Positions 19,802 to 34,082 of a stretch of DNA of 64,000 bases are shown here, one piece after another. The translations under genes were made by a program, and so were the position numbers. This DNA comes from Labilithrix sp. (GTDB lineage Bacteria > Myxococcota_A > Polyangia > Polyangiales > Polyangiaceae): assembly GCA_019637105.1 (NCBI GenBank), contig JAHBWF010000005.1, positions 29,611 through 93,610 of the forward strand, given 5' to 3'. Numbering within the stretch: position 1 is the first letter of the stretch; each line of letters starts with the position of its first letter. The notes beneath the pieces were generated by a model. The model was not told where the DNA came from. It saw only the letters and a program-made list of their open reading frames with translations, and did no database searches.

Positions 19802-20329
19802 TCAGAGCAGATCGCCGGGCTCGAGCATCAACGCCTCGTAGAGGATGTCGAGGCGCTCCTTCAGCTCGTCGTTGTTCGGATCGTGCTGGTTCGCGGAGAT
19901 GAGCTGGATGCGGGCGTCGTCGAGCTTCCCTCGCGCCAGGAGCTCGTCGGCCTTCGCCGCGTGCTGCTTCGCCTTGGGCGTGCGCGCGATCATGAACAGC
20001 GTGCGCTGCTCGTGCTGCTTCTTCGGCTCGACGGCGCGCTCGTCGAGCTTGAGCTGCCCCTTCTTCAGCTCCGCGTCGTAGCGGACGCGGAACGCCGGCT
20101 TGCGCAGGACGTTGTACGCCTCGGCCGCGCGCTTGAAGACCGACGCGGCGGCGGCCGCCACCTCGGGCCCCTCCTCGACGAACCGATCGGGGTGACAGCG
20201 GAGCGACAGGTCGTGGAACGCCTGCTGGATCTCGCCCGGCGACGCGTCCTCCGGCACGCGCAGGATCTCGTAGTAGCTCATCGCTTCGAGCGACTCTGCC
20301 CACGCGAGGAACGTCGACGTCTCCGCCAC
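19802..20329 (-). CDS. J-domain (DnaJ-like) protein with C-terminal TPR-like helices
   Basis: YYEILRV...LRCHPDRF (HPD motif)...EAYNVLRKPAFRVRYD. C-terminal ADELLARGKLDDARIQLISANQHDPNN. Confidence 0.9.
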   Translation of the reverse strand: MAETSTFLAWAESLEAMSYYEILRVPEDASPGEIQQAFHDLSLRCHPDRFVEEGPEVAAAAASVFKRAAEAYNVLRKPAFRVRYDAELKKGQLKLDERAVEPKKQHEQRTLFMIARTPKAKQHAAKADELLARGKLDDARIQLISANQHDPNNDELKERLDILYEALMLEPGDLL

Positions 20330-20387
20330 GGCTCGAGCATAGCGCCGCCCCGCGACGACGTCATGGGCGACGACTCACGCGCGCGCG

Positions 20388-22919
20388 TCAGGCCACGTTG
20401 TGGCGCGCCTGGCGCTCGGCCATCGCGCCGATGTCCTCGGCGTCCGTGCTCGTCCCGAGCAGGCGCATCGTCGCCGTCGTCTCGCGCCCCGTGTCCTGAT
20501 CGCGCGCGCGTACGTTCAGGATGCCGTCGGCGTCGAGCTCGAACGTGACGGCGATCTTCACCTCGCCGCGGCGCGCGCGGCGGAGCCCGGAGAGATCGAG
20601 ATCGCCGAGCCGGGTGTTCGCCGCGAAGCGCGACGACTCGCCCTGGGCGACGCGGATCGACACCACCGTCTGGCCGTCGCTCGCCGTCAGGAACGTGCGC
20701 GTCTTCTCGCACGGCACGGGGGAGTTCGCGGGGATGAGGACGTCGGCGTACCCCCCCGCGGTCTCGACGCCGAGGCTCAGCGGCGTCACGTCGATCAAGA
20801 GCGGCGTCGACGCCGACGTGGTGATCGCGCTGCCCTGCTGGAAGCGCGCGGGCGAGGCCACCGGCCCGAGGTCGAGCTCGAGCTCCTGAGAGCGCTGGTG
20901 GCTCGCCACGAGCGCGCTGATCCCGAACGAATTCACCGCGCGCCCCGCCGGCGGTCCCGACGGCAGCGCGAGGTCGAGGTCCGGCGCCGCCGGCGGCCCC
21001 AAAGGCAGCTCGAGATCCAGATCCGGCGCCGCGACGATGTCGCGCGGACCGTAGTCGCCGAGGGTCCCCGGATCGTCGAGCTCGGGGATCCCGGGCAGCG
21101 CGAGGTCGGGCAGCGGCACCGCCGGCTGCGAGGGCGACGCGGAGCGACGCGCGGGCTTGGGTCCGGCGGGCGCCTCCTCGACCGGGCTCCGCGCGGGCAT
21201 CCCCTCGATCGGCCGCGTCGAGGCGCGCGCGCCGACGAGCGGCGCCGCGTGATCGGTGCCGCCGCGGCTCTGCGTCGGCGCTCCCGACGATCCGAACGCG
21301 ACGACCCGCGGCGCGGACGCGGGAGGAGCCGCGGGGACGCGCGGCGACGACGGAGGCAGGTCCGGCGCGGACGCGGGGACGCGCGGCGACGACGGGGCGC
21401 CCGCGGGACGCGGCGGCTCGATCGGCACCTTCTCCATCGGCAGCGTCGGCACGCGCCCGCGCACCGGCAGCGGGGGCGGCTTCTGCGGCGCGGGCGGCGG
21501 CGGCTTCGCCGGGGCCCTCGGCGCCTGCGCGACGCCCGGGACGTCGGAGAACGAGATCACCGCCGGAGCCTTGTTGAAGGAGAAGAACTCGGGGACGGGC
21601 GGCGGCGGCGCGGGCGGCGCGCCGAGGTTCGTCGGCAGCGCGGGCGCGCGCGGGACGTCGGCGGCCGCGAGCGTCGGGTCCGCGTCGGGCGGCCGCGTCG
21701 GCACCTGCTCGCCGCTCGGCTTCGGCTGCGCCCTCGCGAGCTGGTCGTGCGCGGAGCGCCGCTTGTGCGCCGCCTTCGAGCGGTTGAGCGCGTGCGCCTG
21801 GATCGCCGCGCCGAGCGCGACGACCTCGTCGGGGTTCACCTTGAGGTGAGGCTGCTGGCCGAAGAGCTCCTCGACCATGCGCGCCACGAGCGGGATGCGC
21901 GTCGAGCCGCCGACGAGGATGACGCGATCGAAGTCGCGGGGAGACAGGCCGATGATCTCGATCGACTGCCGCGCGACCGCGATCGTCCGCTCGACGAGCG
22001 GGCGCGTGAGCGCCTCGAGCTCGTCGCGCGTCATCACGAAGGGCATCGAGATCGGGTGGCCGCCTTCGTGGTATCCGACGCCGGAGATCTCGCGCTGCGC
22101 CTGGTAGGCGGTCGAGAGCTCCTTCTTGAGCTCCTCGGCCACGAAGCTCAGCCGCGCGGCGCTGCCGGGGTTGGTGCGCGGGTCGACGTTGAACCGCTTG
22201 ACGACGTCGAGCGCGATCTTGTCCGCGAGCACCCGGTCGACGTCGTCGCCGCCGAGCGCCGTGTCGCCCGCGGTGGCGAGCACCTCGAAGACGTTCCCCG
22301 TGAGGTCGAGCAACGTGACGTCGAACGTCCCGCCGCCGAGGTCGTAGACCCCGATCTTCTCGGCCTTCGAGATCGACTGCCCGTACGCGAGCGCGGCGGC
22401 AGTCGGCTCGTTGAGGATGCGCATGACCTCGAGGCCGGCGAGCTTCCCCGCGATCTTCGTCGAGGCGCGCTGGAGATCGTTGAAGTTCGCCGGGACCGTG
22501 ATGACCGCCCGGTCGACGGGCTGGCCGAGCGCGGCCTCGGCGATCGACTTCGCGCGGCGCAGCACGAACGCGCTGATCTCCGGCAGCGCGTACGCGACGT
22601 CGCGCGCGAGGATCATCGTGCTGTTCTTCGTCCCCTGCACGAGCTGGAACGGGAAGCGCGACTTCGCGGCCTGCACCTCGTCCGAGTCCCACGATCGCCC
22701 GAGCAGCGGCTTCACGGAGAAGATCGTGTTCTCGGGATCGATGAGCCGGCGCTCGCGCGCGGGCTCGCCGACGAGCACGGTGCTCGACGGGTGAAACGAC
22801 ACGACCGACGGGAGCAGACGCCGGCCCTGCTCGTCCTCGAGCGTGACGGCCACGCCGTCCACCACCGCCGCGACGACGGTGTTCGTGGTGCCGAGGTCGA
22901 TTCCGATCGCGACGCTCAT
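20388..22919 (-). CDS. dnaK: Atypical Hsp70/DnaK paralog with a long Pro-rich insertion and no helical lid
   Basis: GIDLGTTN, AVITVPANFND, RILNEPTAAALAYG, YDLGGGTFD, VILVGGSTRIP, NPDEVVALGAAIQ and LLIDVTPLSLGVET motifs. Confidence 0.9.
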   Translation of the reverse strand: MSVAIGIDLGTTNTVVAAVVDGVAVTLEDEQGRRLLPSVVSFHPSSTVLVGEPARERRLIDPENTIFSVKPLLGRSWDSDEVQAAKSRFPFQLVQGTKNSTMILARDVAYALPEISAFVLRRAKSIAEAALGQPVDRAVITVPANFNDLQRASTKIAGKLAGLEVMRILNEPTAAALAYGQSISKAEKIGVYDLGGGTFDVTLLDLTGNVFEVLATAGDTALGGDDVDRVLADKIALDVVKRFNVDPRTNPGSAARLSFVAEELKKELSTAYQAQREISGVGYHEGGHPISMPFVMTRDELEALTRPLVERTIAVARQSIEIIGLSPRDFDRVILVGGSTRIPLVARMVEELFGQQPHLKVNPDEVVALGAAIQAHALNRSKAAHKRRSAHDQLARAQPKPSGEQVPTRPPDADPTLAAADVPRAPALPTNLGAPPAPPPPVPEFFSFNKAPAVISFSDVPGVAQAPRAPAKPPPPAPQKPPPLPVRGRVPTLPMEKVPIEPPRPAGAPSSPRVPASAPDLPPSSPRVPAAPPASAPRVVAFGSSGAPTQSRGGTDHAAPLVGARASTRPIEGMPARSPVEEAPAGPKPARRSASPSQPAVPLPDLALPGIPELDDPGTLGDYGPRDIVAAPDLDLELPLGPPAAPDLDLALPSGPPAGRAVNSFGISALVASHQRSQELELDLGPVASPARFQQGSAITTSASTPLLIDVTPLSLGVETAGGYADVLIPANSPVPCEKTRTFLTASDGQTVVSIRVAQGESSRFAANTRLGDLDLSGLRRARRGEVKIAVTFELDADGILNVRARDQDTGRETTATMRLLGTSTDAEDIGAMAERQARHNVA

Positions 22920-23138
22920 ACCGTCCGGCCTGAAAGTCTAGAACACCGAACGGTCGCGGACCGAGTATTTCCGTCGAGCTCCGAGCAGCGCGAGGCGCTC
23001 CGACGATGACGGCTCGAGCCGACGCGAGGAGGCGCGACGAAGCGATCCGACGGCGATCGGCGGAGCGACGACGGGGGCAAAACGTTCGGCGCTCGAAATC
23101 GACGAAGCTCGAGCGAAATTCAGCTCCGCGTGGCGTGC

Positions 23139-23161
23139 CCCGAAAAACCGCTCTTTTCGGG
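23139..23161. terminator. Short hairpin downstream of gltD, possible terminator
   Basis: CCCGAAAA-7 nt-TTTTCGGG inverted repeat about 45 nt after the gltD stop. Confidence 0.3.
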
Positions 23162-23205
23162 CCCGGGCGGCGCGGCCGCCCCGCGATTCTCGGCCGAAGA
23201 GCCGC

Positions 23206-29282
<6,077 letters not shown>

Positions 29283-29468
29283 TCCACCTTATATATCGAA
29301 TGATGACGCGCCGCGCCAGAGCTTTCTCGCCTCAGAGGTGAGTTACGGTTTTAGCGCGAGCGCTTGAAACAGGGCACGCCGCGGCCATGCGACCGCGCGT
29401 CCCGGGCCGAGGCGCGCGGCGGCAGCCCGCGAGGCGGGCGGGTCGTTACGTGGTAGACGTGGACGCCG

Positions 29469-30965
29469 ATGAGCGGCACCCGGCCTCGCGGCGAGGCGAA
29501 GAAGAGGGCTCCGGCCGGCGGGCGTCGCGGCCGCGGGCCGTCGGACGCGCGGCTGTACGGCGCGATCGGCGCGATCGTCGTCGGCCTCGCCGCCCTCGTC
29601 TGGTGGTCGCTCCCGGGCGATCGGCCGCCCGCCGCCGACGGCGCGGACGACGAACCGGCGCCGGCGACCGGGTCCGAGGGCACGGGCGCGCCGAGGGCCG
29701 GGCTCGTCCGCCCTCCGAAGGCGTCCGCCGAGCTCGCGGTCCTGACCGACGAGCCCGACGACGTCGTCCGGCGCCTCGCGTCGGTCGCCGAGATAGGAAA
29801 GCGCCTCGACGTGCGCCACTGCGGCGGCGCCTGCGACGCGGTGAAGAAGGCGATGGCGGACGAGGACGCCTTCGAGATCGACGTCCTCAAGGCCGAGGAC
29901 CTGATCCTGCCGCCGGAGGACACGATGGACACCGTCGCGCCCGGCCTGACGCCGTCCGAGCGCGTGAGCGCGCGGGCCAAGCGGACGGCCGTGGTGATCC
30001 GCACGCAGGGCGACCTCACGCCCGAGCAGGTGCCCGCCCGCGCCGTCTTCGCGGCGACCGCGGTGCTGGCCGAGGCGCTCACGGGCTTCGTCTACGACGA
30101 GGTGGCGCGGCGGATCGTGACCGCCCACGACGCCGCGAGCCACGCGATCGTCGTCGCGCTCGGGGAGCCGGCGTTCGCGCGCAAGCACATCGTCGTCCAG
30201 CTCTACCGGCAGGACGACGGCACCGCGCGGCTGCTCACGCTCGGCATGCAGCGCTTCGGGAGCCCCGACCTGTCGATCCGCGGCGCGAACATGGCGTCGG
30301 GGCCGATGCTGGCGGAGGTCATCAACGCGGCGGCGAGCCAGATCGCGCACGGCGCGAGCGGCTCGGCGATCACCGTGACGCTCGCCGACGTGGCGCGGGT
30401 GGTCGGGAAGACGCCGGCGGAGCTGAGCGCGAACGCGGACGGCGCCCGTCCGGTGGAGCTCGACGTGGTGACGCCGGAGCGCATCGAGGGCGATCCCGCC
30501 AACGAGATGGCCGAGCTCGTCCCGAAGGGCGGCGCGACGCGCGAGGCGTGGGACACGGTCGTCGCGACCCTGTTCGGCGTGACGCCGTCGACGACCGCGG
30601 CGGTCGACGATCCGGAGCTCGCCGGCGTCGCCGAGGACGCGCGGCGGAGCCTCCCGGCGGCGATCGAGCGGTTCGAGGCCGGAGAGGGCGAGCTCTTCGT
30701 CAAGGGGCCCTTCCCGATCCCCGAGGAGGCGCGCGTCGACGGCGGCGCCTCGACGGAGACGCTCTGGCTCGCGGCGGCGTCCTGCGACGCGCGACGCTGC
30801 ACCGGCGTCCTGTCGAACGAGCCTTCGTACGCGACGAACATCGCGCTCGGCAAGACGACCAGCGTGAAGCGGGACGAGGCCGTCGACTGGATGATCCATC
30901 GGCGCGACGGCGGCGTGGTCGGCGGCGAGTCGATCAAGGTGCTCAAGGCCCGCGCGCCGCGCTGA
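29469..30965 (+). CDS. Membrane-anchored protein with C-terminal DUF2314 (YegJ-like) domain
   Basis: N-terminal TM. C-terminal TETLWL...TGVLSNEPSYATNIALG...AVDWMIHRRDGGVVGGESIKVL matches the DUF2314 pattern as I recall it. Confidence 0.65.
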   Translation: MSGTRPRGEAKKRAPAGGRRGRGPSDARLYGAIGAIVVGLAALVWWSLPGDRPPAADGADDEPAPATGSEGTGAPRAGLVRPPKASAELAVLTDEPDDVVRRLASVAEIGKRLDVRHCGGACDAVKKAMADEDAFEIDVLKAEDLILPPEDTMDTVAPGLTPSERVSARAKRTAVVIRTQGDLTPEQVPARAVFAATAVLAEALTGFVYDEVARRIVTAHDAASHAIVVALGEPAFARKHIVVQLYRQDDGTARLLTLGMQRFGSPDLSIRGANMASGPMLAEVINAAASQIAHGASGSAITVTLADVARVVGKTPAELSANADGARPVELDVVTPERIEGDPANEMAELVPKGGATREAWDTVVATLFGVTPSTTAAVDDPELAGVAEDARRSLPAAIERFEAGEGELFVKGPFPIPEEARVDGGASTETLWLAAASCDARRCTGVLSNEPSYATNIALGKTTSVKRDEAVDWMIHRRDGGVVGGESIKVLKARAPR

Positions 30966-31061
30966 GCCGCGGCGCGTGGCGCCTCCGCCGGGCGCGAGCG
31001 CGAGACGTCACCCGCGCCCGGCGAGACGCGGGGCCGGGCACGCCGCGAGGACGCCGCGGAG

Positions 31062-32543
31062 CTACCTCGCGCCGAGCGAGCGGAGCGCGAGGTTCGCGCG
31101 GCCGCGGATGTACGGCGCCAGATCGGCGTCCGCGGCCGCCGCGGTGAGCTGCGCGATCGCCGGCGCGCGCCCGTGTCGCGCGACCAGGCCGTCCGCGTCG
31201 AGCGCGTTGAGGCCGCAGAAGCCCGACGAGAGCTCGCGCTCGACCGGCGACAGGACGTCGCTCCCCGAGACGCGGAACGTGCGCTTGAACGACGGCGCCA
31301 TCGACCGCGCCGGCGCGCGGGGCGCGAAGGACATCGTGCTGCCGCCCCCCGCGTTGAACGCGCGGTAGATCGGCGAGCCGCGGTAGACGCGCTTCTGCGA
31401 GGGCGAGAGCGTGACCGGCCCGTCGATCGCGCCGGCGGCGAACATGATGTTCGTCCGATCGGGGCAGTCGAAGAGGTCGTCGCGCGAGATGCCCTCGCAG
31501 ACGGGCGTGTCGGAGAGCGGGTCGGAGCTCTGACCGTCGAACTCGGTCGTGTGGTTCAAGCCGAAGAAGTGCCCCGCCTCGTGGAGCATCGTGAGCACGT
31601 CCTGGTCGACCGAGTGCGACGTGGTGACGATGATCCCGGAGACGTTGCGCCCGAAGATCGTCGCGGCGCCCGGGATGCCCGGAGAGATGCCCGCGGCGAA
31701 CGGCTGCCCGCCCTCGCCGATGAGGTTCGTCAACAGGACGTGGAGCGCCTGCGTGCCGTCCTTCTGTCCGCTCGAGATCGAGAAGCCGCGCAGGAGCGCC
31801 TCGACGCCGTCGAGCTCGCGGTAGTCGCTGCTCTCTTCGCTGTAGACGACCTTGCCCTTTTCGATCCCGAGGAGGTTGGACGTCAACGCGAAGAACGTCT
31901 CGATGCGCTCCGAGACGTCGCGATCGTTCTCGGCGTCGGAGGCGTCGACGGTGCGGTTGCCGATCCGGAGGCCGCTCGGGACGTGGACGTAGAGGTCGAG
32001 CGCCCCGCCGTGGAACTCGCCGTCCCCGCTCGACTGGACGCGCACCTGCCCCTTGAGCTTCGGCTTGGCCGACGAGCCGTAGACGCCGAAGCGCACCTTC
32101 CACTTGCCGGCGAGATCCTTGGGGACGCCTTCGCCCTGGGGGACGCTCGCCGACGCGATCACGTCGAACGTCGCGATGCTCGTCTCCTTCGTGCCGCCCT
32201 TCGGCGTGTACGCGTCGTGAACGAGGTTGCCCTTCGGGTCCGTGATGCGCTGGATGCCGAAGGGACGGTTCGGATCGAAGTCGGCGACCTTCCCCTCGAC
32301 CGTGATGTTGAAGCCGAGCGCGCCCTCGGGGATCTCGAAGGAGACGTCCTTGCCCGCTTCGACCTCGCCGAGATCGATGACGAGCGGATCCGTCTTGGGC
32401 TCGGTGTCGATCGGCTCCTCCTCTTCTTCGTCCTCGGCGGGGACCTCGGCGGGCGGAGCGCTGTTCCTGATGATCTTCTTCTGGGTGCACGCCGGAAGGA
32501 CGGCGAGGAGCGAGCAAGCCGCGAGAGCGAGGAGCGAGCGCAT
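31062..32543 (-). CDS. Lipoprotein zinc metalloprotease (metzincin, M43/pappalysin-like)
   Basis: Lipobox LPAC; HEAGHFFGLNH (HExxHxxGxxH) and a downstream Met-turn TNIMF. Confidence 0.85.
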   Translation of the reverse strand: MRSLLALAACSLLAVLPACTQKKIIRNSAPPAEVPAEDEEEEEPIDTEPKTDPLVIDLGEVEAGKDVSFEIPEGALGFNITVEGKVADFDPNRPFGIQRITDPKGNLVHDAYTPKGGTKETSIATFDVIASASVPQGEGVPKDLAGKWKVRFGVYGSSAKPKLKGQVRVQSSGDGEFHGGALDLYVHVPSGLRIGNRTVDASDAENDRDVSERIETFFALTSNLLGIEKGKVVYSEESSDYRELDGVEALLRGFSISSGQKDGTQALHVLLTNLIGEGGQPFAAGISPGIPGAATIFGRNVSGIIVTTSHSVDQDVLTMLHEAGHFFGLNHTTEFDGQSSDPLSDTPVCEGISRDDLFDCPDRTNIMFAAGAIDGPVTLSPSQKRVYRGSPIYRAFNAGGGSTMSFAPRAPARSMAPSFKRTFRVSGSDVLSPVERELSSGFCGLNALDADGLVARHGRAPAIAQLTAAAADADLAPYIRGRANLALRSLGAR

Positions 32544-32786
32544 GGGAGCCGCCGTGTGCAGGGTGTGTGCCGGTGCGAAAGAGTCGGCGAACCCGCTCGG
32601 GAGCCGGCGCCGGGCATGGCAGGTCGATCCGAGCTGTCAGCCATCGTTCACGATCGACGGGGGTAAACCGCGAACCATGGCTCACGCTCGATCCACCCCC
32701 CCGCGCGCCGGGCCGACCTCGGGGAGAGGGGCGCCCCGAGCCCCCGGTCCTACGCGTACGACCACCGAGGGCTTCCTTCTCCCACG

Positions 32787-32837
32787 GTCGGCGGGCGCGC
32801 GCAGGCCGCGGGCGCGCGCGGGCCGCGGGCGCGCGCG
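32787..32837. repeat. 17-bp GC-rich tandem repeat, about 3 copies
   Basis: GGCCGCGGGCGCGCGCG at 32804-32820 and 32821-32837, plus a degenerate copy at 32787-32803; intergenic. Confidence 0.7.
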
Positions 32838-32842
32838 ACGAT

Positions 32843-33238
32843 TCAGCAGGTCTCGCCGGCGGCGATGCAGCGGAAGCCGCCGTCGCACGCCCGACAGACG
32901 TCGCCGCCGAGGCAGCCGACGCGGTCGCAGTCGGGGACGCAGGGGCGCTCGCTGCAGCGGAACGTTCCGTCGTCGAGCGTGCAGACGTACGGCTGGTGGC
33001 CGCCGCACTTGATCTGGAGGGTGGGCTCGTCGTCGTCGCCGTCGTCGGGGACGGCGATCCCGGAGTCGAGCTCGACGCGCGCGTAGCGCGGGGGCGGATC
33101 GGGGACCGGCGTGGACGCGCCGTCGAGCTCCGGCACGGACGGCTGCGCCGGCGCGTGCTCGTGCGAGGAGCACGCGGGCGCCGTGGCGAGGAGCGTCACC
33201 CCGGCGGCGCCGACGAGCGTGAGACGAAGGACGCCCAT
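32843..33238 (-). CDS. Small Cys-rich lipoprotein
   Basis: Signal ending ATAPAC, acidic/Pro linker, C-terminal 54-aa domain with 10 Cys. Confidence 0.7.
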   Translation of the reverse strand: MGVLRLTLVGAAGVTLLATAPACSSHEHAPAQPSVPELDGASTPVPDPPPRYARVELDSGIAVPDDGDDDEPTLQIKCGGHQPYVCTLDDGTFRCSERPCVPDCDRVGCLGGDVCRACDGGFRCIAAGETC

Positions 33239-33597
33239 CACAGACCAGGGGACACCAACCGCCCGAGCCGGCCAACCACGAACGCTCGCTCGCGACGGTT
33301 TTGTGGGCATGCGGCTCCCTCTGTGGGCAATCGCCGGGCCGCGCTCGGCCATCCGCGCTCCCGCGTCACGCTGCCGCTGCGCCCTCGTAGCCGCCTCATG
33401 GAATCGTCCGATGCCGGCCGGCGCGGCCGGCGCGCGGCGGATCGCGCGCGCCGACGCTCGACCTCGCGCACGAAGGCGACGCTCCGGCTCGCTCGCCCCG
33501 GCGCCCGGGGGCTCGTGCGGTCAATCCATCACTCCATTGGTTTCTCCAGCGTCGAAGTGCGGGCGTCGCCGCGAGCGCGCTGGTAGGCCGAGGCGGC

Positions 33598-33963
33598 ATG
33601 ACGCGCGTGCTCGTGATCGACGGCTACGACCCGAGTCGCGACGCGTCGGCGCGAGCGCTGCGCGACGCGGGCTACGACGTGATCGCCCTCGAAGAAGAGG
33701 AAGCGGCGCTGGCGGCGCTGAAGCGGGGCGGGGCCGACGTCGTCCTCCTCGATCTGCCGCTCGCCGAGGCCGAAGAGGCGGCGAACGCGATCCGCGAGGC
33801 CACGGGGCGAGGAGCGCGCTCGCCGTCGATCATCGCGCTCGTCGACCCTTCGAGCTCCCGCCAACGGCGCGAAGCGGGACACGCCAGCGGGATCGACTAC
33901 TTCTTCCTCCGCCCCTGCCCGCCGCAGGAGATCGTCAAGCACCTGCTCCGGATGCGCCTCTAA
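33598..33963 (+). CDS. Single-domain receiver (CheY-like), probably atypical
   Basis: RVLVIDG, DVVLLDL, IIALV and GIDYFFLRP in receiver-domain order. Confidence 0.85.
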   Translation: MTRVLVIDGYDPSRDASARALRDAGYDVIALEEEEAALAALKRGGADVVLLDLPLAEAEEAANAIREATGRGARSPSIIALVDPSSSRQRREAGHASGIDYFFLRPCPPQEIVKHLLRMRL

Positions 33964-33995
33964 ATGACGCCCGCGCGCGATGACGCCCGCGCGCG
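33964..33995. repeat. Perfect 16-bp tandem duplication
   Basis: ATGACGCCCGCGCGCG twice, immediately after the receiver gene stop. Confidence 0.85.
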
Positions 33996-34082
33996 AGCTC
34001 GACCGTGCGCGCGGGCGCCTCCCCGCGGCGCGCTTCCGCGGACTTCGAGCTCGCCCGGCCTCTCGGGTATGCTGCCGGCGCC

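Noticed and set aside
22920-23000. Searched for CIRCE or HAIR heat-shock operators upstream of the Hsp70 gene
   Set aside because: No match found; only a TAGACT hexamer 15 nt upstream of the start.
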